The notes under the pieces: model-generated
What the model was told of the DNA's origin: nothing
The model's input: the letters and a program-made list of their open reading frames with translations, nothing else
Database searches by the model: none
Made by a program: the position numbers and the translations under genes
Assembly (NCBI GenBank): GCA_963827235.1
Contig: CAWHAE010000009.1
Span: 736,001-800,000, forward strand
Length of the DNA stretch: 64,000 nt
Direction of reading: 5' to 3'
Source of the DNA: an uncultured bacterium
GTDB lineage: Bacteria > Chloroflexota > UBA5177 > JANWHV01
Shown: positions 18,303 to 28,487 of the stretch, one piece after another
How positions within the stretch are numbered: the first letter of the stretch is position 1
Layout of the letters: each line of letters opens with the position of its first letter

Positions 18303-21300
18303 ATGCTAGAGCGAACTGCACGCCTCGTGCAAGCATGGCTGTTGGCCAGCCTCGCGTTTGCCCTGCTCGTGCCGGCGGCGACCGGTACCCCTATGGCCAG
18401 GGCCGGCTCCGGCAGCGCCGATATCGCCGACCGGTCGACGGTCGTCGACAGCGCAACCGGCCGGATCTATATCGTCTACGGCAACGTGCTGCACCTGGTA
18501 TCTACCGCTCAGGTGCTCTCGCTGCTGGGCATCCAGGCATCGTCCGTGGCTACGGCCGACAGCACGCAGCTGCAGCAGCTCCAACAGGGCGATCCCCTCA
18601 CGGTGCGGGCGTCCAACGGACAGATCGATCCACTCTCTCCGGTGGCGTCCGGCGCGGCCTCGCTCGTCCTGAGCACTGCAAGCGTGCCCGCCGGCGAGCC
18701 GTTCTCGGTGAAAGGCGCGGGGTTCGCGTCTTCCGAGTCCATCCAGATTTCGTTCGACTTTGGCCAGGTCACGCAGATGCTGACAGCGGATGCTACCGGC
18801 GCCTTCACCGGCACGTTCACCATGCCCGCCTCCGCAACGCCGCAGATTATTCGCGTCTTCGCCTTCGGCGAGTCGAGCAAGGCCATGGAAGTCGAGCCGA
18901 TCGCCGTGCTGGAGAAAGAAGGCTCGCCGCAGGTGACGGCGAGTGCCGGCAAGCTCTACCCCGGCGACGGCGTCGACGTGAAGGGATCCGGTTTCCAACC
19001 GTACGAAACGGTCTCCGTCGCTTTCTCCGCGGGCGGTGCTGCCGTACAGGCGACCGCGGACGTGCGGGGCGCCTTCACGGCGCCAAACGTCGTCTCGCCG
19101 TCGAACATTTCGACCGGCAGCCATAGCATCACCGCCGTCGGAACGACGAGCCACCGCACCGCCAAGGTCTGGATTACGATCGTCGCCCGGCCGAAAGCCG
19201 CTCTTGCCATCAGCCCGTCCCAGGTCAGGGCCGGCCAGCCGGTCACGATCAGCGGCAGCGGCTTCCAGGCCAACGAGGTGGTGCACGTGCAGATCGGCTC
19301 GGCGCAGCCGTTCGACCTTCGAGCCGACGGCAACGGCGCCGTGCCTGCTGTGCGGGTTACCATTCCCGACACCGCAGCGGTGGGAACGGTCACGATCAGC
19401 GCGACCGGGGCGACGTCGCTGCGCACCGGTTCCGTCACCCTCTCCATCCTGGCACCGCTGCCGGCCGACGGCTCGCTCATCCGCGATCTGTCTACCGGCA
19501 GAATCTACTTCGTCTGGGGCGGCGTGCGGCACTGGAGTGAAACGGCGGACGTGCGCGCAAGCCTTGGCTTCAACGGTAACGACGCGGTGAACATGCAGTC
19601 TTCGGTCGTCGCCACCATTCCGGCAGGGACCAACATGGGACAGACGCTCGTCGACGGTCTGGTGTTTCCGCTCATGCCCGTGGACAACCACGGCGGTTCG
19701 CTCCGGCTCTCGCAGCCGTCGGGCGCGCCTGGGCAATCGTTCACGATCAGCGGGTCGCACTTCGCCCACTACGAGGCCGTGCAGATCGCGTTCGCGGGCG
19801 CGACGCAGTCCGTCGGCGTCGACGGCAGCGGCGACTTCAGCGCCACCCTTACCGTGCCGGGTTCCGCGCAGCCGAGCACCGTGCTGCGCCTGGTGGCGCT
19901 GGGGCAGAGCAGCCATGTGTTTGCTGTGCAGCCGTTCAACGTGATCGGCGCGCCGGCAACGGCGACCATCGTAGCCCAGCCGCCGAGCGCGGCGCAGAAA
20001 TCACATGCGCTGGTGAACGGCGGCGGCTTCGCGTCGAACGAGCAGGTGGACCTGTTCCTGGGCCAGACCTACTCCGCTTCGCACGTGCAGGCAGACCCAA
20101 ACGGCAGTTTCACGGGAGGCAGCCTGCCGGTTCCGACGTCACTGAGTCCGGGTGCTCACAGTCTCATAGCTTACGGCCTGTCGAGCAAGCGATTCGCTCA
20201 GGCCACCGTGACCATCGTGCCGCCTTACTCCGGCCCTCCTGCGCTCACGGCAGATCGCACGAGCGCCAATCCGGGTAGCCTGGTGCAGCTCCGCGGCAGC
20301 AACTTCGCGCCGGGCGAGATCGTCCACGTGACCCTGGGCTCGAAGCTCCTCCTCTCCGTGCAGTGCACGTCCGGCGGCCGATTCGGCCCGGTGGGCGTCA
20401 CCATTCCCGTGACGACGCCCGCGGGCAGCTACGCGCTCACGGCCACGGGCACCACCTCGAGCGCCGGCGCCACGGTGACGATGGTCATCGTGGCCTTCAG
20501 TCCGTCGATCCACATCTCGCCGGTGTACGCCGTACCCGGCACGACCATCGCGGTCAGCGGGCAGGACTACGCGCCGGGCGAAGTCGTGACCCTGGCTCTG
20601 AATGGAGAGGCGCTGGCCACCAGTCCCTCTCAGATTAAGACGCGCTCGTCCGGGGCCTTCTCGGCGAGCTTCAAAGTGCCGGCCACGGCGCTTGCGGGCA
20701 CGAACACCGTGGCGGCAACCGGTGCCGCCAGCCGCGCCTCGGCTACGACGGCTCTCGCGGTGAGCCTGCCGGTGCAGTCCACGTGGTATTTCGCGGGCGG
20801 CAACACGGCGGCAGGCTACGACACGCAGATTGCGCTGCTCAATGCCGGCAGCGCGCCTGCCAACCTCACGTTCTCGTTCATGTTTACCGGCGGCAACCCC
20901 GTGCCGTATTCGATGGTGCTGAATCCGAACAGCAGAGCAACGGTCGACGTTGGCTCCATCGTGGGGCCGGGCCGCACCGTGTTCACCAAGCTGACTGCCG
21001 ATCGCGCGATCGGGGCGTCGGAGACGGTCTTCCGTAACGGCCAGGACTTTACCTCGACCACCGGCGCCAGCGCAGCACTCTACACGTGGTATCTTGCCGA
21101 GGGCTACACGGGCCTCAGCTTCCACGAGTACATTCACATCTTCAACCCGGGCACCGTCGAAGCCCACGCGGACGTGCGCTTGCTCCCGTTCAACGGCCGG
21201 CCCGCCACCTCGATCGTGGAGCCGGTTGCTCCGCAGACGGGAATGACCGTCGACGTCAACGCCATCGAGTCGGGCCTGTCGCTCTCGGCGATCGTCTCCA

Positions 21301-22031
21301 GCGATCGACCGGTGGTGGTCGATCGGTTGATGATCTTTGGCCCAGGCGGATACGGCGCTACCGAGCAGGTGGGTGCCTCCGCACCATCCAGCACCTGGCT
21401 GTTCGCCGAAGGCTCCACGCTCAACAACTTCGAAACCTACTATACGATTCTCAATCCGAGCAGCTCGCAGATGGCAGCCATCACGGCAACGTTCTTCGAC
21501 CAGGCAGGCAACGTGCTGGCGAACACCACCGTGCTCGTCAATCCGCTGCGGCGGGGTAATATCAAAGTCAACGACTTTGTACGCTCCAGCGGCATTGCCA
21601 CGATCCTCACGTCGAACATTCCCGTGGTGGCAGAGCGTCCGATCTACTTCGGATCGCCGAACTCATCCAGGGCCACGTCGGGTGGTAGCGACGTCTTCGG
21701 GCGCAACGGAGGCGGTGTGAGCTGGCTGTTCCCGGAGGGTAATACGAGTGGCGCATATAGGGAGTTCTTGCTGCTCCAGAATCCAAGCTCGCGGCAGGCG
21801 CCCGTGAGCGTCCGATTCTTCGAGACCAATGGGCAGACGGTCAACTACGGTCTGACCCTGCCGGCCAAGAGCCGGGCGACCGTCGACGTCTTGCGGGACG
21901 TTCCCGCCCTGCCGCCGGGATTGCACGGCGCGCTCGTCCGCTCGACGGGCGGCGTACCGATCATCGCCGAGCAGAGCATTTACAGCGACAACTTTACCAA
22001 GGGAGACGGCGAAGCAGGGATCTCGCAATGA
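18303..22031 (+). CDS. large secreted/surface protein with Ig-like repeats and four C-terminal W-x-(F/L)-x-(E/G)-G repeats (DUF5719-like)
   Basis: Signal peptide; 7 GxxF/YxxxExV/I units; TWYFAGG, TWYLAEG, TWLFAEG, SWLFPEG repeats. Confidence 0.8.
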   Translation: MLERTARLVQAWLLASLAFALLVPAATGTPMARAGSGSADIADRSTVVDSATGRIYIVYGNVLHLVSTAQVLSLLGIQASSVATADSTQLQQLQQGDPLTVRASNGQIDPLSPVASGAASLVLSTASVPAGEPFSVKGAGFASSESIQISFDFGQVTQMLTADATGAFTGTFTMPASATPQIIRVFAFGESSKAMEVEPIAVLEKEGSPQVTASAGKLYPGDGVDVKGSGFQPYETVSVAFSAGGAAVQATADVRGAFTAPNVVSPSNISTGSHSITAVGTTSHRTAKVWITIVARPKAALAISPSQVRAGQPVTISGSGFQANEVVHVQIGSAQPFDLRADGNGAVPAVRVTIPDTAAVGTVTISATGATSLRTGSVTLSILAPLPADGSLIRDLSTGRIYFVWGGVRHWSETADVRASLGFNGNDAVNMQSSVVATIPAGTNMGQTLVDGLVFPLMPVDNHGGSLRLSQPSGAPGQSFTISGSHFAHYEAVQIAFAGATQSVGVDGSGDFSATLTVPGSAQPSTVLRLVALGQSSHVFAVQPFNVIGAPATATIVAQPPSAAQKSHALVNGGGFASNEQVDLFLGQTYSASHVQADPNGSFTGGSLPVPTSLSPGAHSLIAYGLSSKRFAQATVTIVPPYSGPPALTADRTSANPGSLVQLRGSNFAPGEIVHVTLGSKLLLSVQCTSGGRFGPVGVTIPVTTPAGSYALTATGTTSSAGATVTMVIVAFSPSIHISPVYAVPGTTIAVSGQDYAPGEVVTLALNGEALATSPSQIKTRSSGAFSASFKVPATALAGTNTVAATGAASRASATTALAVSLPVQSTWYFAGGNTAAGYDTQIALLNAGSAPANLTFSFMFTGGNPVPYSMVLNPNSRATVDVGSIVGPGRTVFTKLTADRAIGASETVFRNGQDFTSTTGASAALYTWYLAEGYTGLSFHEYIHIFNPGTVEAHADVRLLPFNGRPATSIVEPVAPQTGMTVDVNAIESGLSLSAIVSSDRPVVVDRLMIFGPGGYGATEQVGASAPSSTWLFAEGSTLNNFETYYTILNPSSSQMAAITATFFDQAGNVLANTTVLVNPLRRGNIKVNDFVRSSGIATILTSNIPVVAERPIYFGSPNSSRATSGGSDVFGRNGGGVSWLFPEGNTSGAYREFLLLQNPSSRQAPVSVRFFETNGQTVNYGLTLPAKSRATVDVLRDVPALPPGLHGALVRSTGGVPIIAEQSIYSDNFTKGDGEAGISQ

Positions 22032-24997
22032 GCAGTGCACGGGAACGGAGACTCTATCGCGCGACTGCCGTCTGGCTGTGCTTGACCGTGCTCTGCGGAT
22101 TGCTCTGTACCAACCCCGCCGCGGACGCCGCCGCGCAGGCGGCGAATGCCACGGCGCCGGTGGTGTCCGTGACCACGAGCGAGACTGCAGGCCGCTACGA
22201 ACTGGGCCAGCCGATGTCCGTCACCGTCACGATAGGCAACCTCAGCTCGTCTGCCGGCACCTACAGCCGCTCCGAGTACCTGCAGGACTACTTTGGCAAC
22301 GCCACCACTGTCGTGTCCGACACTGTGACCCTGGCGGCGGGCGAGCGCCTTGCCGCCACGGTCCCGCTCTCGATCACGAGCTCGGGCTACTTCGAGTATC
22401 ACGTGGCGCTCACCGACCAGTCGACGCAGCAGCAAGTCACCGCGTTCGCGCCTATCGGCGTGCTGCGCACGGTGCCCGCGGGCGCTGCCGACCTGCAGTC
22501 GGCCTTCGGCATCAACGGCAATCTGACCGAAGCGTACGGCAGGGATGCTGCCGCCATGGCGAGCGCGGCGCAGTCCCTGTCTCGAGCAGGAGTGCGCTAC
22601 GATCGCGAAGAGCTGAACTGGAATCGCATCGAGCCGCGCGCGGACAGCGGCCAGTACGATTTCGCGGCGACCGACGCGGCGATCATCGCCGCGCACAACG
22701 CGGGCATCCAGGTCTTGGGGCTGGTCGATTACTGGGGAAACCTACCGCAACCCGACACCACCGTGACCATCACCGGCAGCTATACGATCACCGGCTGCAG
22801 CAGGACGCCGGCCTGTGCCTACACACCGGCGGGCAACGCGCTGTTTGCAGCCTACGCGGCAACGTTGGTGCGGCGCTACATGCCCGGGGGCACTCTTGCC
22901 ACCCAGGAGGGCTGGGGCACAGAGTACGGCATCGCGGATTGGGAAGTCTGGAACGAGCCGTCCACGCAATCGTTCTGGCGGCACGATCTCACGGACTATG
23001 CGGCTCTCTTCGGCAGCCTCTATAAGGCCGCCTCGTCGGCGATCAAGCAGGCGTACCCGGGCGCGAGCATCATGTACGACGAAAGCGGCACGGCCATCGA
23101 CGCGGCAGTCAAAGCGGCAGGCGGAGCGTCGCAGATCGTGAGCGTGCACAGCTACAGCGGCGGACTGGACCCGGACAGCGCGCTTAGCTCTCCGACCCTG
23201 CCTCGCGGCGGGCAGGGCACGGCGCCGGCGGCGATCGGCGGCATCGTGGCTAAGGGCTTGCCCGTCTGGATCACGGAGACCGGGTATGCCACCGATGGCA
23301 CCGTCACCGCGCGCCAGCAGGCCGAATACCTGGTGCGCTCGCTCGTGGACTTCCAGGCCCAGGGCGTGAAGAAGCTGTTCTGGTTCAAGTACCGCGAAGA
23401 CCAGGCGGGTGGTGACAACCTCTACGGCATCACGAGCCAGAACGGCTCCCTCAAACCCGCATACGTGGCCTACGCCACCATGGCCGAGCACCTGCAAGAC
23501 GCGACCTTCGCCGCCTCTGCCCAGATGGGCACGGCGGTCCGCGCCTACCTGTATAAGGCGTCCGACGGCTCCACGGAGGTCGTGCTGTGGAGCACCGCGG
23601 AAGACGGCACCGCGGAGATACCGGGCGGCAGCGGGATGAGCGCCGTCGACGACATGGACAATCCGATAGGGCAGACCACGACCACGGGGCTGGCGTTGCC
23701 GCTCACCGGCGACCCCGTGTTCCTCAACGTTCCGAGCGTGCCCGCGGCCCAGCTCAAGACGGTTCTGGAGAAAGCCACGATCGGCGGCATCAACCCGGTG
23801 GGCCCCATCGTGAGCCTGGCACCCGGGCTAAGCAACGGGCTGCCCAACCTGAACGTCACCGTCTCCGCGCGCACCGACGTGGCGATTTCCGGAACGGTGG
23901 CGATCAGCCTGCCGGTCGGTTGGGTGGCGCCGGTCACGAGCAAGCGCTTCCCGCTCTTGCAGCCCGGGCAATCCTCCTCGCTGAGCTTCCGTCTGAACGC
24001 GGAGCTCAATCACCCCGACGACCACATCGCGGTGACCGCTACCTCGACGAGCGGCATCACGAGTACCGACCGCATACCGGTGGCGCAGTACGCGCTGACC
24101 TACGGCCACCCGGCGATCGACGGCAGCCTGTCGACCTGGAGCATGGCATCGGAGCTGGACATGACCGAGCTGCGATCCGATCAAGTCGTGGGTATTCCCG
24201 GCTGGACGCCGCAGAACCTCTCGGCTCGCATGTACACCATGTGGGACGAGCAGTATTTCTACTTCGCGGCGGACGTGCGCGACGAGACCTTCGACTACGC
24301 ACCGATCGGCTTCAATATGTACAAAGGCGATTCCATTCAGTTCGGCTGGGGTATGGATCCGGATGCCTGGCTGCGCAACGCGGGGAAAGGCAGGAAGAAC
24401 CTGGCCGTGGGCCTGACGCACCAGGGAGCGGCGAACTTCCAGTACGATATCCTCGGCCCCTGGCCGGACGTGAAGCAGCAGATCAAGCCCGACCCCAGCA
24501 GCGGCGATCTGATCTACACGGTTGCCGTGCCGTGGAGCCGCCTTGCCGGCTATGTGCCGAAGGTCGGCGGCCAGCTTGCCTTTGACGCGATCGTCAACCA
24601 GAACGAACACGGCAGCCGCATCGGCTGGATTCAGATCACGCCCGGCATGGGCATCGGGTTCTATCCCACGGAGTTTCCTCTGTGGGCCATCATCGGCAAC
24701 AACCCCGTCGCCGGGCTGCGGCTGGGCGGGCTGATCGCCCCGAACCAGGGATCGATTACCTTCCCGCTGCCTGCGGCTCGCGGCCAGCTCGTGGTGCACA
24801 ACGGCGGCATGCGGTCGATCACGCTGCTGATCAACGGCCAGCAGCTCGTGCTGGGCGGCACGGGGACGGCGCTCAAGCCGGCTGGTGATACCAGCGTGGA
24901 CGTCTCGCAGTACGTACACGCCGGCACGAACACGGTGACCGCCACTGGCGCCGGCGTGACGCGAGCAGGCGCGGCGGTGCTATCGTTCTTCCAGTAG
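22028..24997 (+). CDS. secreted clan GH-A glycoside hydrolase (GH39/GH5-like) with accessory beta-sandwich and CBM9/DOMON-like domains
   Basis: WEVWNEP and VWITETG catalytic Glu motifs; WDEQYFYFAADVRD...GDSIQF module; ATGA overlap with the upstream gene. Confidence 0.78.
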   Translation: MSSARERRLYRATAVWLCLTVLCGLLCTNPAADAAAQAANATAPVVSVTTSETAGRYELGQPMSVTVTIGNLSSSAGTYSRSEYLQDYFGNATTVVSDTVTLAAGERLAATVPLSITSSGYFEYHVALTDQSTQQQVTAFAPIGVLRTVPAGAADLQSAFGINGNLTEAYGRDAAAMASAAQSLSRAGVRYDREELNWNRIEPRADSGQYDFAATDAAIIAAHNAGIQVLGLVDYWGNLPQPDTTVTITGSYTITGCSRTPACAYTPAGNALFAAYAATLVRRYMPGGTLATQEGWGTEYGIADWEVWNEPSTQSFWRHDLTDYAALFGSLYKAASSAIKQAYPGASIMYDESGTAIDAAVKAAGGASQIVSVHSYSGGLDPDSALSSPTLPRGGQGTAPAAIGGIVAKGLPVWITETGYATDGTVTARQQAEYLVRSLVDFQAQGVKKLFWFKYREDQAGGDNLYGITSQNGSLKPAYVAYATMAEHLQDATFAASAQMGTAVRAYLYKASDGSTEVVLWSTAEDGTAEIPGGSGMSAVDDMDNPIGQTTTTGLALPLTGDPVFLNVPSVPAAQLKTVLEKATIGGINPVGPIVSLAPGLSNGLPNLNVTVSARTDVAISGTVAISLPVGWVAPVTSKRFPLLQPGQSSSLSFRLNAELNHPDDHIAVTATSTSGITSTDRIPVAQYALTYGHPAIDGSLSTWSMASELDMTELRSDQVVGIPGWTPQNLSARMYTMWDEQYFYFAADVRDETFDYAPIGFNMYKGDSIQFGWGMDPDAWLRNAGKGRKNLAVGLTHQGAANFQYDILGPWPDVKQQIKPDPSSGDLIYTVAVPWSRLAGYVPKVGGQLAFDAIVNQNEHGSRIGWIQITPGMGIGFYPTEFPLWAIIGNNPVAGLRLGGLIAPNQGSITFPLPAARGQLVVHNGGMRSITLLINGQQLVLGGTGTALKPAGDTSVDVSQYVHAGTNTVTATGAGVTRAGAAVLSFFQ

Positions 24998-25114
24998 GAA
25001 TTGGTCGGCCCACGGCGCAGGCGGAGGCCCATCCGCCTGCGCCGAACGGGCAGATCCCGGCTGAACGGGCTCTATCTATCCAGCCGGCGGTGACACGAGG
25101 CGCGTGCCCCGGAC

Positions 25115-25855
25115 TCAGGCATATGCCTGCAGCGTGCCGTATCGGCACATGGCTCGCAGCTCGCAGACGTCACAGCGTGGGTGGCCGGCCTTGCAGATGA
25201 GCCGGCCATGTGTGATGAGATTGACGTGCAGCGGGTAGGCGCGCTCCGGGTCGATGGCCGCTTCCACCAGGCGTTGCACCGCCTCGGGGCTCGCCTTCGG
25301 TCCGGCGAAGCCGAATCGCCGGCTCACGCGGTGCACGTGCGTGTCTACCGGAAAGGCAGGCTTACCCAGACTGAACAGCAGCACACACGACGCTGTCTTG
25401 GGTCCGACGCCGGGCAGGGAAGTCAGCGCCGTGCGGGCTTCCTCCAGCGGCTGGTCGCGCAAGGCATCGAGGCTCAGCGATCCGTAGCGCTGCACCATGG
25501 TATCCAGGACGGCCTTGATCCGCGCCGCCTTCATATCGGCCAAACCGCCGGAGCGAATAGCGTCGGCGACGGCATCAGCCGGCGCCCGCCGGACATCCTC
25601 CCAGGTGGGAAGCCGCCGCCGCAAGGCGGCATAGGCGCGGCCGGAGTTGAGATCGGACGTGTGCTGCGAGAGAATTGTCTCGATCAGGCCGCCGAGCGGA
25701 TCGCCGTCGCACTGCTGCTCGGGCGTTCCGTAGAGGTGTGCCAGGGCCAGATCCACCGCCCGCACATGCGCAGGTGGGTCGGCCAGCAGCGCGTCCAGTG
25801 GCCCAACGTCCGCTTCCCGATCGACGGCACGCCGCGACGGCTCCGGCGATATCAC
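25115..25855 (-). CDS. endonuclease III-like HhH-GPD DNA glycosylase
   Basis: ILSQHT, LPGVGPKTA, FPVDTHVHRV, C-x6-C-x2-C-x5-C FeS motif; GTG start after AGAGGAG. Confidence 0.88.
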   Translation of the reverse strand: MISPEPSRRAVDREADVGPLDALLADPPAHVRAVDLALAHLYGTPEQQCDGDPLGGLIETILSQHTSDLNSGRAYAALRRRLPTWEDVRRAPADAVADAIRSGGLADMKAARIKAVLDTMVQRYGSLSLDALRDQPLEEARTALTSLPGVGPKTASCVLLFSLGKPAFPVDTHVHRVSRRFGFAGPKASPEAVQRLVEAAIDPERAYPLHVNLITHGRLICKAGHPRCDVCELRAMCRYGTLQAYA

Positions 25856-26040
25856 CCGGCGTGCTCCTCTAGCTGCGAGCCTCAACCGCACTGAATACAC
25901 GGCCTCTTCAGAACGGCCGGCCGTCTCCACGCGACGCCTTGGGCCATGATAGCAAACCGGCGATCTTCTGGGGCACGGCGCCGCCAAGCCCGGCAGCGAT
26001 CCGCCGGGCTTGGCCGTTGTGCGCCTCGTGCTCTTGTGGG

Positions 26041-27226
26041 CTACCGGGCCGAGGCAGCCGGTGCCAGACCTAGCCCGGCGCTGATGCGGTCGCCGAGCTC
26101 GGGGTCTATCTTGTGCCACAGACCCAGCGCCCGCTCGAGGATGACCCGGTTCGTCACCCCGCGCATGTGTCCGCAGATGTTGGCAACCAGGTGATCCTTG
26201 TCGGTCGCGGACAAGATCTTGCGATACAGTGTGCCGGCCTGGCCGAAATCGTCGTCCTCGGCCCGCAGCGAGTATGCCGTGCGCAGCATGTCGCCGGCGT
26301 CCACCGGCCACCCGGCATCGCCGCAGCGCCCGGGATCGGCCTGCGGTCCCCCGAAGCTGTTCGGCGCGTACACCGGCTGGCTTCCGCTATGCTGGTACTC
26401 CATGGCGCCGTCCGCGCTGTAGCTGTGCACCGGCGATAGCGGTCGATTGACCGGCAGTTGCGCGTAGTTGGGGCCGATGCGATAGCGATGCGTATATGGA
26501 AATCAGGGTCCTCGGCGGACATGGCCTTGGCTTCTGCGTCGGTGAAGTTGTCGATGCCCTGCTCGGTCTTGAAATGGTACTTCACCCACGAGCGCTCGAC
26601 GCGCGCGTTGACCCACAGGAAGGTGTGGCTGCCATAGCCGTTCATATGCCGCCAGGTGCGCAGCGCGCCCCGATCGCTCATCAGGAAGGTGACCTGGTGC
26701 ATCGCTTCCGGCGAGAGCGACCAGAAGTCCCACTGCATGGTGTTGTCGCGCAGGCCGGTGTCGGGCAGCCGCTTCTGCGAGTGGATGAAGTCGGAGAACC
26801 TCGAGGGGTCGCGCAGGAAGAAGATCGGCGTGTTGTTGCCGACCAGATCGTAGTTGCCCTCCTCCGTGTAGAACTTGAGCGCGAAGCCGCGTGGATCGCG
26901 CGCGGTATCCGCCGATCCTTGCTCGCCGGCCACGGTCGAGAAGCGCAGCAGCACCGGCGTGCGCTTACCCACCTGGTTGAGGAAGGCTGCCTTCGTCCAC
27001 TGGCTCGCGTCCCGCGTGACCTCGAAGTAGCCGAATGCACCGCTGCCCTTGGCGTGCACCACGCGCTCGGGCACACGCTCGCGGTTGAACTGTGCCATCT
27101 TCTGGATCAAGAAATGGTCGTGCAGCAGTAGGGGGCCGTTGGGCCCTATCGACAGGGAATGCTCGTCGCTGGGGAAGGGTTGCCCGCATCAGTGGTCGTA
27201 TTCGGTATATCGTGCTGATCGCTCAT
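26041..27226 (-). pseudogene. katA: monofunctional heme catalase with an internal deletion and frameshifts
   Basis: [32 protein letters not shown] present; after EDPDFH the sequence jumps out of frame to [10 protein letters not shown], omitting the segment with the proximal RxxSY heme ligand; extra indel near 27175. Confidence 0.85.
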
Positions 27227-27710
27227 TCCCCCTGTCTCCAGTCGTCGCTGCCCATGTGCTCTTGAAGGGGAGAGGATGTCACGGTTGTGCTGCCGTCATC
27301 CGAGACCGGGTCGCGCGCACAACCGGTTCAACTGTTGGTTGGTGGTCTCCTTCCCAGGCCGCTTGGGGGCCTGTTCCGCATGGCTGGGCAAGCCAGGCTG
27401 GAGCAGGCGCGACCGGCACGTGCATGGCGTGAAAGGCGTGCGGCTGCCACGTCTGCCGCTCAGCTTGCCGTTTCTGCATCCACTGTGTCTTTCCATAGTC
27501 CGGCGTAGCGTGCGTGCAGTCAAGCTCGACCCGCACCTCCGGTACGATGTGTGATACGCTCGCACGCAGCGCGCTCCGTGTGCGAACCGGAAGGCAAGCG
27601 GGCCCGGACGGGCGGCCGCGCGGCGCGATAGGACGAGACCTGGGACATTACGCATCACTCGACATAGGGAGCGGTGTTCGACGACGGCCTGCAGGGAGGA
27701 ATCACGCACG

Positions 27711-28475
27711 ATGCGGCAGAATGCGGTGAAGCGAAAGCTGGCGACAGGCGAGACGGTGCTGGGTTTATTTCTCGGCTCGGATAGCCCGGACCTGGTGGAG
27801 ATCTTTGCCTACGCGGGACTCGACTTCGTGATGATCGATGGAGAGCACGGCTCAATCGATCCGCATCACGCCGAGAATCTCGTGCGTGCGGCCGAGGCCA
27901 CGGGCATCACGCCGCTGGCGCGCGTGACGCAGCAGACACGGCAGACCATCCTGCGCTTCCTGGACACCGGTGTCCAGGGCGTGATGGTTCCCTGGTGCCA
28001 GACCGCGGCCGAAGCGCGGGACGCCGTTCAGGCGGTGAAATACTACCCGGAGGGCAATCGCGGACTGGCCGGGGCACGCGCCGCCGAGTTTGGCGTGCGC
28101 ACGTCGCTGCCTGACTACGTGGCCCAGGCCAACGCCGAGACCATGGTGATCGCGCAGATCGAGACCATCCAGACACTCGACGCGCTGCCGGAAATGTTGC
28201 AGGTGCCGGGAATCGACGTCTTTTTCATCGGCCCGACCGACCTATCCCAGTCCATGGGATATCCCGGGTGCACGCACGAACCGGCGGTGCAGGCGGTGAT
28301 CGAGCGCGCCATCGCGCAGATTCTCGCCGCCGGGAGACATGCCGGCATCCAGAACCGCGATGCGGAGGATCTCAAGCGCAATCGCGATCAGGGCGTGCAG
28401 TTCCTCAGTGCCGCCTCCTACGGGCTCTTCGCCCGCGCCGTGCGCGACTTCGTCGCCTCTGCCAGGGAGCCGTGA
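27711..28475 (+). CDS. HpcH/HpaI aldolase family protein
   Basis: DFVMIDGEHG, LDTGVQGVMVP, YYPEGNRG, QIET, FIGPTDLS. Confidence 0.9.
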   Translation: MRQNAVKRKLATGETVLGLFLGSDSPDLVEIFAYAGLDFVMIDGEHGSIDPHHAENLVRAAEATGITPLARVTQQTRQTILRFLDTGVQGVMVPWCQTAAEARDAVQAVKYYPEGNRGLAGARAAEFGVRTSLPDYVAQANAETMVIAQIETIQTLDALPEMLQVPGIDVFFIGPTDLSQSMGYPGCTHEPAVQAVIERAIAQILAAGRHAGIQNRDAEDLKRNRDQGVQFLSAASYGLFARAVRDFVASAREP

Positions 28476-28487
28476 CCGCCCGCGGCG

